DNA of 64,000 nt, taken from contig CAWFQE010000004.1 of assembly GCA_963817885.1 (NCBI GenBank), positions 21,419-85,418 on the forward strand, given 5' to 3'. The notes under the pieces are model-generated. The model had not been told where the DNA came from, ran no database searches, and worked only from the letters and a program-made list of their open reading frames with translations. Origin of the DNA: an uncultured Acidobacteriota bacterium. Lineage in GTDB: Bacteria; Acidobacteriota; Vicinamibacteria; Vicinamibacterales; JAKQTR01. Both the position numbers and the translations under genes were made by a program. This document shows positions 1 through 10,446 of the stretch, one piece after another; position 1 is the first letter of the stretch, and every line of letters starts with the position of its first letter.

Positions 1-138
1 AGCGAGTCCCGCCGAAGCCCCGCCTTCGCTCGGTTCCAAGACGTGCCGAGCATCGGCGCGGGCGGACCGCCAGCCTTCGCTCACCTTCGGCTTACCGCTT
101 TCCTCGGTGAGCTTCGGGTGGCAAGCAGCCACCTTCGC

Positions 139-503
139 TCACCTTCGGGCCTGGTTGTTCGTGTCGGTGAGCGGCGCCAGGATCTTCTCCAGCGCGACAA
201 TGAGTGGTGGAAGATCTTCGGTGACGACCTGCCAGACGATGTCTTCATCCACGCCGAGGTAGTCGTGAACGACCTTGTGGCGCATGCCAACAATCTCGCG
301 CCACGGGATCTCGGGGTGTTCATCGCTGAAATCACTGGACACGAGCCGGCCCGCTTCCCCAATCACCTGAACGAGATGGGTGAGCGCGAGGCGGAGATTC
401 TCGTCCGTTTCGTACGCGTCGTGCCCAGGCCCGTTGCCTTTCCAACCGCTTTCCTCGCCATGTCGAGCATGTGCCCGACGTACACGAGATCACGCGGCGA
501 CAT
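139..503 (-). pseudogene. hepT: HepT-like HEPN (DUF86) toxin of an MntA/HepT TA pair, with one frame break near 420-435
   Basis: ATG at 503 reads MSPRDLVYVGHMLDMARKAVGKATGLG. The conserved continuation DAYETDENLRLALTHLVQVIGEAGRLV...HPEIPWREIVGMRHKVVHDYLGVD (R-x4-H HEPN motif) lies in the frame of track ORF 139..366. The span is 365 nt, not a multiple of 3. The start overlaps the upstream gene's stop by 14 nt. Confidence 0.7.
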
Positions 504-792
504 ACAACGATTCAGCGGCGCTCATGACGTTGTCTCGGATTCGCGGACTCAGGAACTTCGGCGTGACCATGTCGACGCGTCGACCGTGCAGGAGTTCAGA
601 GAACTCGCGTTCGATCGTGACGAAACGCAGGCCTGGAATATGGCCGGGCAGGAATTCGACGAGGACATCCACGTCGCTGTCGGCCCTGAAGTCGTCGCGA
701 AGCACGGACCCGAACAGTGCCAGGCGGGCGATGTGGTGCCGTCGGCAGAACGCCGACACCGCCTCCCGATCGATCGACAGGTGTGGACTCAT
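490..792 (-). CDS. mntA: MntA-like minimal nucleotidyltransferase (antitoxin partner of HepT)
   Basis: Internal Met of track ORF 490..924 gives MSPHLSIDREAVSAFCRRHHIARLALFGSVLRDDFRADSDVDVLVEF. This carries the G-S...D-x-D polymerase-beta NTase motif. It overlaps the hepT start, the usual operon arrangement. Confidence 0.75.
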   Translation of the reverse strand: MSPHLSIDREAVSAFCRRHHIARLALFGSVLRDDFRADSDVDVLVEFLPGHIPGLRFVTIEREFSELLHGRRVDMVTPKFLSPRIRDNVMSAAESLYVAA

Positions 793-1057
793 CGTCTCGC
801 CTCTGGCGTCTATGATAGCGCACGCGTGCATAGGCCTCACCAGGGCGCGGTGCCCGGTGATGCCCAGTGCATCGAGGGTTCGCTCCAATCGATCCGCGGA
901 GGCTGTGGCTGCCGTCTCCAACATGTCTCCACGACCGAGGGAGAATACTTAGGACTGGCGGGGACTGCTGTGCACAACTCGACGCCTGTAACTGCCTGAG
1001 ACTCGAACCCTTAGAGCCAGAAGTCGTACGCCATCAACCAGTTAGAACCAGGTGTTA

Positions 1058-1086
1058 CCAGGGTTCGAAGCCCTCTCTCTCCGCCA
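1058..1086 (+). other. Orphan tRNA 3-prime fragment (T-arm, acceptor strand and CCA); possible att-site scar
   Basis: ccaGGGTTCGAAGCCCTctctctccGCCA has a T-loop TTCGAAG with a flanking stem, a 7-nt acceptor strand, discriminator G and CCA. No matching 5-prime acceptor strand GGAGAGA, D-arm or anticodon arm is found in the preceding 150 nt. Confidence 0.5.
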
Positions 1087-1206
1087 TTCGACTCGGCCCG
1101 AGCAACGTCGAGGGCCTCGCTCATGGCAAGCCAGCCAGGGAGAATGCCCTGAGCGAGGGAGCGAGGCGACCGAGTCGCCCCTCGACTCGCTCGGGGCGAC
1201 CCTGAG

Positions 1207-1452
1207 CTAGGCCGAAGGGCCGAACGGCACGAACTCGCGGCGTCGGGCCAGCAGCTGAACGGCCGTGCCGGGCGCTGCGCGACTCAGGTGCATCTTAGGC
1301 TGCGTCGTCGCCAGGTCCTGGCACCCGGCCAGTTCCTGGATGGCCCGGGGCGGTGCGCCGGGCATCGCCAGGTGAGAGCAAGACGATCGATCGCAGACGA
1401 GATTCTCGCGGCGAGGCTCGAGGGAATTCTCGGTCACGACGGCGTTCGGCAA
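1207..1452 (-). pseudogene. C-terminal remnant of a tyrosine recombinase/integrase
   Basis: CSHLAMPGAPPRAIQELAGCQDLATTQPKMHLSRAAPGTAVQLL parallels the integrase C-terminus (..FCSHLAM.GA..R.IQELAGHxDLxTTQRYMHLSPAA...A..LL). The conserved His is replaced (GC for GH) and the catalytic R-Y is replaced by P-K. There is no room for the N-terminal two thirds before the next gene ends at 1607. Confidence 0.6.
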
Positions 1453-1606
1453 TGCGACGGCCGGGGATGCGATCCTGGATCTTCACCCCTCGTCGCCAGA
1501 TCGTTGAAGGTCGGCCGGAACGGAAGTGGAGGCACGAGGGTTTGTGCTCCAACACGGCCCGGACCTCGCGGCCCGGGCCGTGCAGAGGATTGTCACCGCG
1601 TCTCGA

Positions 1607-4053
1607 CTACTTGAACGAGATTGGGAAGGTGACGCTGGCGCCTGTCAGCGAAGATGTGATCCGGACCGACTTCGGCGGCGTGCACCAGAAGCCGGTGGAG
1701 TTGCCGAGCGTGTTGCTCGGGTTGATGACGCCGGAGGTGTTGGACAGGAGCTGGTCGAACAGCCAGTTGCCCAACGCGTCCACCGGGGCCCTGCCGATCA
1801 CGGGATTGGTCGCAGCCGTCATGGCCGTGCAGACCCCATTCACCTTGAAGGTCGGCGGCGTGGTGATGTCATACGTGATGTTCATCGTCTGGCCGGCGGC
1901 CGGGCTGATGGTGCCGCCCACGGTCCAGCGCCCCTTGCTCTGGGTGTAGATGGCCTTCGCCGGAACGATGGCCTCTGACGTGGAGACGTTGATGGTCACC
2001 GTCGCCGGGGTTGCCGACACCGCGCCCGCACGGTCAATGGCATTGTAGGTGAACGTGTATGGGCCCGCCGCCGTCGCGGCGGGTGGCGTGAAGGTGACCA
2101 CGCCGCCCGCGAACACCGTGCCCGCCACGACGCCCAGGCTGGCGTTGCCGGTCACGATCACGGCGGCAGCGAGGTCGGCGGCGCCGTCCGGATCGGTATC
2201 GTTGGCCAGCACGTTGAGGCTGTTGGCGAATCCGCGCAGCGCGCCGGCCGTGTCGTTGATCGCGACCGGCGGATCGTTCACCGGGGTGATCGTCACCGTC
2301 ACGGAGGCGTCGTTGGAAACCTGCGCCCCCACGGTCACGTGATAGCTGAACGTGTCGGTGCCATTCGCGTTCAGGTTGGGCGTGTAGCTGATGCTGCCGT
2401 CGGGATTGACCACCGCCGTGCCCAGTACGGGCAGGCTCACCACGCTCACGATCCCGCCCGCGACACCCGTGTCATTGGCCAGGACGCTGATGGCGGCGGG
2501 CGTGTCCTCGAGCGTGGTGATCGTGTCGTTCACCGCGACCGGAAGGCTCCCGGCGCCGCCTGCCACGGTGCCCGGGCTCACCTGGAAGTCGTTCGAGCCG
2601 CTGCCGGACGAGAGCACCGTCACCTTGGCCGGCGGGGCGATCAATTGGCCGACGACCAATTGGCCGCTGGCCGGATCGATCGTGCCCAAGCCTTGCACGG
2701 TCAGCGTCTGCGGGACCAGGAGGTCACCCGAGAGCGCCTTGACCGACAGGTTCTGGCTCGCCGGATCATAGAGCGCCTCGCTGATGAAGATCTGGTCGCC
2801 CAGCGGCATCGGCGAGTAGGCCGTGACCGTCTGGCCCACGGCGTTGACCGAGTTCGACTGGACGCAGACCTCGGACGGGACGATCGCCGGATGGCTTTCG
2901 CCGAAGTAGTTCACGCCCGCGGCGAACATCTGGTTGGCGGTGAGGTTGGCGGGCGCGCTGTAGGGCGGCCCGGGGTTGCCGTTCGCATCCAGCGTGGGGG
3001 TGCAGGCCGCATCGAAGTACGAAAGCTGGGTGGCGACGGTGGCCGGCGCCGGGCCGGCAGGGAGCCGTCCCTGGGTGCTCGACGTGGCGTTCGCGTAGAC
3101 ATCAACCGTGGTGGCCGCTGCGGAGCGGGCATAGCTGGCGCGGTTCAGGGAGATGTCACCGGCGATCGCTCCTTCGTAGATCCGGCCCATCATGGTGAAC
3201 GAGGTGCTCTCGAACACGAAGCCGTTCGGGCCCTCGATGCGGAAGATGTTGGCGTTGCGGGTGGTGCCGTCCGCGACCACGTAATCCGGCAGGGGGCTGC
3301 CGGTGATGGGCCCGATGCGGGCGGGATCGGCAATGTACTTCTTGCCGTTCCCAGGATAGAGCGTTGCCCCGCCGGCGGCGACCAGCGCGTCGTAGAACGG
3401 ATCCTGCCCAGGCAGCAGGAGCGGAATCGGCGGAACCTCGGCCCCGCCGGGCGTCGGCGAGGGCAGCAGGAATGGACCGATCCGGCCATTCAGCGCTTTC
3501 GAGAAGTCGATCGCCGCCGCCAGGCCGACATCTTCGGTGAAGAAGAGCCGGTCGCCGGCGATCCTGTCGGCGAAGATGAACTTGCCGACCGGCGTGTAAA
3601 CGGTGTAGGTGCCGTTGTACGGCAGGGGACTGATCTTGATTCGGGTCCGGGCGAACACGACCTGGTCGCCGGGTATGACGTTGAACCCGTTGGCGAAAGA
3701 CGACTCGAGGTCGATGATCAGCATCACCACGCCGTCTGATTGGTGCCAGGGATCGGAACCTTGCGGACGCCGGAGGTGACATTGGCGTAGAAGTTTTCGA
3801 TCGCCCAATTGGTGGGGAAGATCTCGGGCGGGATCCCATTTGGGATGATCGGCAGCAGGCACCACGGGAGTTCAGCCTGGCTCTGAGGGAGACAGTTCTC
3901 CAGGGCCAGGCCGCCCTTGTCCTGATACCAGGTTGGAAACGAATTGGCGGGGTCGATCGGTCCGAAGCGAGCGAGCTGAGCTGATGCTGAAGGCACCGCG
4001 CTGACAGCAACCAGCAGGACGAACAATCCTCCCAACAGGCGAGTTCTTCTCAT
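1607..4053 (-). CDS. Large secreted adhesin-like protein with cadherin-like/Ig-like repeats (one frame break near 3725-3735)
   Basis: ATG at 4053 gives signal peptide MRRTRLLGGLFVLLVAVSAVPSASAQ. Track ORFs 3724..4185 and 1607..3865 join as ..PIPGTNQT / GVVMLIIDLESS... The C-terminal half has repeated VNDxP.A.NDT....NVLANDTDPDG motifs. Confidence 0.7.
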
Positions 4054-4749
4054 GTCCTCGTCTCCAACGGGGTTGTGCCGACCCCGCGGCGAAATGTGAA
4101 GCCGCGGACGCTTCGTCGCGCTTCCGCAGCTTGGAGTCTCTTCCGCAGTGATCGCCGAGCGCCGACCCGGGACGTGCCGACACAAATCACACGCCCACGT
4201 TCCGTGGTCACTGGGGACGAGAAGCTCCGATTGGTTGTGACGGCCCGGCTTTTTTCCAGCGCTCCGCCCGGAGCGGACGATCGCCGTTCATAGCCGAGTG
4301 CCGCCGGTTTTGTTGCCGTGAGCCAATGGAACCGAGCCGCCGATTCCTTGACCCGCCGGGGATGGGCTCTATCAAGAACGCTGCCATGCAGCGGCAGAAA
4401 ATTCGGCCGAGAAAACAGGTCTCTGCGTTCGACTAACGCAATTCGAAAAAAATGTTTTCGGTTCTTGTCAACGGTGGGACGGAGAGTCAATCGTCGCTTG
4501 TGCCGGACACAGACGATCAGTAGACGGATCGGCCAGCCTCTTCGTCAGCCTCGAGCGGGACCAGGTCGGGTTGTTGGTCTACGCCTCGACTTGACGCTGC
4601 AGCCGGGCGCAAGAATAGCGGATCCAGGACCGGGACCTTCCCAGTCACCACTCCTGTTTCGGCTCGTCAGCCGCTGACGTGCCGGAGGCTGCCCGCAAGA
4701 GCCGCGAAGCGGCGACGGCGGGCGATCCGTGCAGCCACGCGACGCACCC

Positions 4750-5994
4750 CTATTTCATCATCTGCGCCACTCGGGTCCAGTCGGTCTGGAGCACCACGGC
4801 GCGATCGACTCTGATCATCGTGTCCAGGTCGCTTCTGCCAAGCTCGCGCGTGAGCATGCCTTCCTTCACCCAGAGCATCAGGTTCCTGAGCGTCGCGCGC
4901 GGAGCGGAGAAGTCGAGGTACGCGGGGTTCACCTCGACGACCGGGCGCGCGCCCTGGGCGCGAGGCCGCGCCAGGTTGAGCATCATCTGCTCGCCTTGCG
5001 GCGCGGTCCGCCACGCCTGCGCGGTCCGATCGGCTTCCGTCATGCCTGAGAGCAGCGCCTCTGCCGCCTTCAGCCGCTTCACGGGCTCGAAGAGGCGGTC
5101 GTCGGGCGACGGATTCGCCGCCTTCCGGTAGTCGTCCTCGCGCCGCTTGTCGATCGCGATCGCGTGCCTGCGCTCCTGCTCGGAGTTCGCCGGGTTCTTC
5201 TGTGACGCGGCGGCAGCCTCGATTTCCTTCCTCCGCTTCTCCTGCGAGGCTGGACTCATGAAGTTCTCGTACTGCTTCTTCCGGCTCTCGAGCGTGCTCC
5301 CGGGGATGAGGGCGTCTTGTCGCGCGCGGACGAGATACGCCTGGATCACACGCTCGTGGCTCACCGGCAGGAAGAGCGGCGGGTTGGACGCCCCCGCGAT
5401 GTAGACGTGGTCTCCATACGCCGGAAATCCCGCGACGTCCCGCAGGCGCTCAGGCTGCTCGAAGAACACGCCCCGCGCGTCCTTCTCCCACGGGTCGCCT
5501 TCGAACTTGGGTATGGCGTTGATCCAGACCCAGAACCCGCCGAACGTGTTGTTCACCCATTGGCCTTTGAGGCGGAATTTCGGCCCGCCGGGTCGGGCGG
5601 CCGGGTCGGGCTCAACGTGCTTGTTCATCCACGGCCACAGGACGATGCTCGCCGAGAGCGCCCACTTCCTGCAGTCGGTGCCGCCGGGCGGCGACACGAG
5701 ATCGACCTGGCTGGCCATCTCCGGCACATGGCCCGCAAGGCCTGCGAGCGCCGGGCTGGCCGCTACGACGGCCGCCACTTCGTCCACCGTCTTGCGCCAT
5801 TGAGCCTGGACGGCTGGCGTGATGCCGCAACGCTGCATCTGATCGCTGGTCAACGTGGCCGGCCTGTAGGCCAGCCACTCGCCGCCGGGCTTGCCGGGAA
5901 CACCTTGCGCCCTGGCCCCCGCGCCAATCAGGAGGAGGGCGAGGCCACAGCTCACGCCGACGAGCGTCTTCGAGCGGAATTTGGGGGGAAGCAT
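4750..5994 (-). CDS. Hypothetical secreted protein
   Basis: Internal Met of track ORF 4750..6159 gives MLPPKFRSKTLVGVSCGLALLLIGAGARAQG, a signal-peptide-like start. The frame is long, uninterrupted and has protein-like composition. I recognise no family. Confidence 0.5.
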   Translation of the reverse strand: MLPPKFRSKTLVGVSCGLALLLIGAGARAQGVPGKPGGEWLAYRPATLTSDQMQRCGITPAVQAQWRKTVDEVAAVVAASPALAGLAGHVPEMASQVDLVSPPGGTDCRKWALSASIVLWPWMNKHVEPDPAARPGGPKFRLKGQWVNNTFGGFWVWINAIPKFEGDPWEKDARGVFFEQPERLRDVAGFPAYGDHVYIAGASNPPLFLPVSHERVIQAYLVRARQDALIPGSTLESRKKQYENFMSPASQEKRRKEIEAAAASQKNPANSEQERRHAIAIDKRREDDYRKAANPSPDDRLFEPVKRLKAAEALLSGMTEADRTAQAWRTAPQGEQMMLNLARPRAQGARPVVEVNPAYLDFSAPRATLRNLMLWVKEGMLTRELGRSDLDTMIRVDRAVVLQTDWTRVAQMMK

Positions 5995-6294
5995 GGAGCG
6001 AATCCTACTCGATCTTGCACCCGCCTGGCGCATGCCCGAGGCTTGCCCCGGGGCCTCGGATTTCTGCAGGAACGAGGCCCAATTCCGCCGACGGGCCAAC
6101 CCCCCCGGCGGCGCCTGCGAGGGACTCGGCCACAGCCCACGCGGCCTTGCGGCGAACACAGCTTGGCGCTAGCCTTGTACGCCCCCCGTTCAGGGTGGTC
6201 GCACCCGATTGCCGACGCCGTTCGGTTCGAACCCAAGGTGCAGACCACGGCCACCACACTTCGCTGCAGCGCCTTTCGCGAAGGAGGGACACGC

Positions 6295-9200
6295 ATGTGC
6301 AGGACGAGACTCATCCTCATGCTGGTCGCGATGGCCCTGGCTTTGGCCTTGCCAGCGGCGGGCCAGACACAGATCACGACAGCCGTCATCCAGGGCGCGG
6401 TCGTGGACTCGAGCGGGGCGGTGCTTCCCGGCGTCGACGTGGAAGTTCGAAACGTCGACACCAACCTCACGCGCAGCCTCGTGACGGATCGGGAGGGCCG
6501 GTTCGTCGCGCTGCAGCTGCCGCCGGGGCGCTACACGCTGACATTCAAGCTGTCCGGGTTCGCGACGCTCGTCCAGGAGGACATCCTGGTCACGGTCGGC
6601 CAGTCGGCGCAGGTCAATCCGATCATGAAGGTCTCGGGCGTGGCGGAGACGGTGACGGTGACCACCGCGCCGCCGACCATCGAGACCTCGCGCACCGCTG
6701 CGGCGATCACGCTCAACCAGGCGACGATCGAAACGACGCCGATCCTCGGCCGCAAGTTCGAAGACCTGCTGACGCTCACGCCCGGCGTCAGCGTCGTCCA
6801 GGGGCCGGATGGCGACGAGATCACGTTCGCCGGCCAGCGCGGGGTGTTCAACAACATCAGCCTCGACGGCGGCGACTACAACAACGGGTTCTTCGGCGAG
6901 CAGATGGGCGGGCAGCGCGCGGCCATCGACATCACGCTCGATGCGGTGAAGGAGTTCCAGGTCGTGGCCACGGGGGCCGCGGCCGAGTTCGGCCGCACGG
7001 CCGGCGGCGTGGTCAACGTCATCACGAAGTCCGGCACCAACGATCCGCACGGCAGGCTGTTCTGGTTCCAGCGGCTCGAGGCCCTGACGTCGAACACCTC
7101 GGACGGCGGAACGCTGACCGACTTCAACCGCAAGCAGTTCGGCGGCACGATGGGCGGCCCGATCAAGCGGGACAAGGCGTTCTTCTTCGTGGCCGTCGAG
7201 GGCATCCGCGAGAAGTTCCTGCCGGGCGAACCTCTCCGCGCCGATCGGGCGCCGCGTGCCCCGTGGCCACGCCGACGATCGCGGCGAACGAGTCGCTGAT
7301 CGGGTCGAACGCGGACTGCCAGCGGCTGGCCCTGCTCAGTTTCTTCAAGACCACCCGCAACCAGGACGAAGGGCAGCCGGTCGCCCACAAGATCAACAAC
7401 AACGCGCTGCTGGCGAAAGTTCGACTGGACGCTGAACGCGAGGAACAACCTGTCGTTGTCGTACAACTTCAACTACTCGAAGAACACGAACCAGACCTTC
7501 GACGTGGCCACCTACGGCAACTCGGCGAACGGCATCGAGGGGCCGTCGAAGATCCACATCCTCAACGTCAACCTGTTCACGACGGTGTCGGCGACCAAGG
7601 TGAACGAGTTCCACGTCACCTACTCGCGCGAAGATCGGCCGCGCTCGGCCGTCACGTCGAACGTGCCGGCCGACACCGGCATCGGCTTCGGCCCGTCGTT
7701 CCGGTTCGGCAACCCGTTCTTCCTCGCGCCGAACGTCGACGAGCTGATCAAGCGCTTCCAGGTGAAGAACAACTTCACGATCATCACGGGCGCGCACACG
7801 ATCAAGACCGGCGCGGAGTGGCTGCACACGAACAACTACCAGGTGTTCCGCGGCTTCTTCGAGGGACGCTACCTGTTCGACAGCGTCACCGGCTTCCTGC
7901 GCTACGCGTCGCCGGCGGCGCCCGGCGGGTTCGGGCCCTACACGGTCGGGTGCTCGAACGGGACGTTATGTCACGGCGCCGGCGTCCTGCCCGGCCGGCA
8001 CGACGACGACGTGGCGGGCCGCTGCTGTTCTACCTGCAGGGCAGCAGCCCTGACGGCATCGCCCGCGACGCGGCCGGCGAGTCGGACATCAACAACGAGG
8101 AGTTCTCGCTCTTCATCCAGGACAAGTGGCAGGTCACGCCGCGGCGTGACGCTGGACTACGGGCTGCGGTGGGACGCGCAGCTCATGCCGAAGACGGTCG
8201 ATCCGAAGACCACGGCGTACGCGACCGTTCCTGAACGACCCGCGGTTCCCGTCGGACGGCACGATCCCCGACCAGTGGAAGCAGTTCCAGCCGCGCCTCG
8301 GGGTGGCCTGGGACGTCAAGGGCGACGGCAAGACGGTGGTCCGCGCGAGCGCGGGCATCTACTACGCCCGGCAGAACATGCTGAGCCAGGTCGGATCGGT
8401 CACGACCAACGGCATCCAGCAGAAGACCGACTACCGCGACGCCACCTTCACCTCGTTCGCCGACATGCCCGTCTGGCCGAACCTGCTGGCGCCGAGCGCC
8501 GTGCCGCCGGGCACGTTCCCGCTCTTCACCGGCGTCCGCGTGTTCGACCGCGACTACAAGAACCCGCGCATCTACAGCTTCAACGCCGGGTTCGAGCAGC
8601 AGCTGGCGCCCGACTGGGCGGCCTACGTCGACTTCACGCTACGCGAAGGGTGTCCACCTGACGCGGTTCCTGAACTACAACGTGCACGGCACCGCGGCGG
8701 CCGCGAACCAGCCGCCCACGCGCGACACGACGACCTACGTCGGCGCGCAACCCGTTCGGGCCGCAGCTCGGCGACGTGTTCGTCACCAACAGCCGGGGCA
8801 AGGGGCTCTACCGGGGCGCCACCTTCGGCGTGCGCAAGCGCTTCTCGAACCAGTACCAGTTCGAGGCCAACTACGTCCTGTCGAAGGACGAAGACGACGA
8901 CTCGAACGAGCGCGACCCGTTCACGGACCGGTCGTTCAACTTCTACGACCTGAGCCAGGACTACGGCCCGTCGGACCGCGACATCCGCCACAAGTTCAAC
9001 TTCTTCACCTATCGCGGAGCTGCCGGGACGGGTGCTGGTCAACGTCCGCATCCAGGCGCGGTCGGCGCAGCCGATCACGACGTCGCCGCGCGTGCTGAAC
9101 AACGTGGACCGCGGCCGCAACTGGGACCGGAAGGACAACGCGTACTTCTCGCTCGACTGGCGGCTGCAGCGGCCGTTCCGGGTGGGCGGGCGCGCCGAGA

Positions 9201-9354
9201 TCATCCCGATCGCTCGAGATGTTCAACACGTTCAACAACGCCAACAACGTGAACCCGCTCTCCACGCCGGCGCTGTTCAACTTCGACGGCTTCCTGCGGC
9301 AGGGCGTCGGCGATCCGCGCCAGGTCGCAGCTCGCGGTGAAGCTCGTGTTCTGA
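6295..9354 (+). CDS. TonB-dependent receptor with N-terminal carboxypeptidase-regulatory-like domain; reading frame broken at least 10 times
   Basis: MCRTRLILMLVAMALALALPAAGQ signal peptide is followed by GAVVDSSGAVLPGVDVEVRNVDTNLTRSLVTDREGRFVALQLPPGRYTLTFKLSGF. Plug-like TPGVSVVQG..FAGQRG follows, and barrel segments (NFNYSKNTNQTF.., DYGLRWDAQ.., IYYARQNML.., RGATFGVRKRFSNQYQFEANYVLSK..) hop among all three frames. The terminal ..RQVQLAVKLVF is followed by a stop at 9352-9354. Confidence 0.8.
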
Positions 9355-9497
9355 TTTTCTGCAGGGGCGGAGCCGCGGGTCGTGGGCGGCCCCCAGGCTC
9401 CGCCCTCACGTGTCGCCGGCGCGACAGCCCCGTCGTCTCGCAGGGGCTGCGTGGCGAGGGCCGCTCGCGGCGACATGGGAGACCGCCCGAGTCGCCT

Positions 9498-10244
9498 CTA
9501 GATCCAAGGCCCGCCGTTCTCCAGTCCGTTGCACGCAGATCCGCCAGGTCCGTGAGGCGTCCGCAGGCTCGAAGCAGCGCGACCTCGCCGCGTCGGGCAC
9601 TTCGCGCGTCCTCGTGCGACCAGCTCAGAGTGGCCGGGACGTGGACGGCCCATCCCCCGAGCTCGAGGACCGGCAGGATGTCCGACTTGACGGAGTTGCC
9701 GACCATCAGGAAACGCCGGGCGTCGACGCCCTGCCGTGCCAGGATCGAGGCGTACACGGCCGCGGTCTTGTTGCTGACGACTTCGACGAACCGAAAGTGA
9801 TCGCGCAACCCGGACCGATCGACCTTGGATGTCTGGTGCAGCAGGTCGCCCTTGGTGATGAGCACCAGCGGGTACGCCGCGGCAAGCGTCGTGACCGCCT
9901 CGCGCGCGCCCTCGAACAGCTCGATCTCTTCGCGTCAGCATCTGCTTGGCCAGGTCGATCAGCCCCTGGATCTCGCCTCCGGCCACCCGGCCCCCGGCGA
10001 GCGCAAGCGCGCTCTCGATGAGCGACAGGATGAAGTTCGACACGCCGTAGCCGTAGTAGGGGATGTTCTGCAGCTCCACCCGATTGACGTGCGCGTCGAT
10101 CTCATCCTCGCTGAGGACGACACCGGCGGAAGCCAGCAGCCGGTAGAACCGGTCGCGCCCCATCCGGTAGCTGCGCTCGTTGTGCCACAACGTGTCGTCG
10201 CCGTCGAACGCAATCAGATCGAACGCCCGCTTCGCCATGTTCAC
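9498..10244 (-). CDS. HAD-superfamily hydrolase, frame-broken; 3-prime end uncertain
   Basis: The N-terminus MAKRAFDLIAFDGDDTLWHNE carries the DxDxT motif. The later conserved part PLVLITKGDLLHQTSKV...FLMVGNSVKSDILPVLELGGWAVHVP sits in track ORF 9005..9865, a different frame. Confidence 0.6.
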   Translation of the reverse strand: MNMAKRAFDLIAFDGDDTLWHNERSYRMGRDRFYRLLASAGVVLSEDEIDAHVNRVELQNIPYYGYGVSNFILSLIESALALAGGRVAGGEIQGLIDLAKQMLTRRDRAVRGRARGGHDACRGVPAGAHHQGRPAAPDIQGRSVRVARSLSVRRSRQQQDRGRVRLDPGTAGRRRPAFPDGRQLRQVGHPAGPRARGMGRPRPGHSELVARGRAKCPTRRGRAASSLRTPHGPGGSACNGLENGGPWI

Positions 10245-10446
10245 ACTCTGTGCAAGTAACGCCCTGAGTACCTATTCTTACCTCAGAAGCCGGCACACTG
10301 GACCGAGGAAAGCCGTCATTTGCTCCATGGCTGGCGGCGTATCGGACGTAGTCCTTGGTCTTCGCGGACTCGATGTCGCCCGGGGCATTCGCGGATTGAT
10401 GTAGCCCGGGGTCTTTAGACCCCGGGTCTGGAGTTTCTACATATTG

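Noticed and set aside
940-1086. A complete tRNA, tRNA-Sec or tmRNA ending at the CCA at 1086.
   Set aside because: I could not build an acceptor stem. GGAGAAT at 946 pairs for only 5 bp and lies 140 nt away. No D-arm or anticodon arm is present. The end reads CTCCGCCA rather than the tmRNA-type CTCCACCA with a G-U alanine identity pair. A minus-strand tRNA around 1000-1075 also fails T-stem pairing.
1607-4053. A diversity-generating retroelement or other hypervariation system targeting the repeat-rich adhesin.
   Set aside because: No reverse transcriptase ORF and no template/variable repeat pair is visible anywhere in the window. The internal repeats are ordinary cadherin-like domain repeats.
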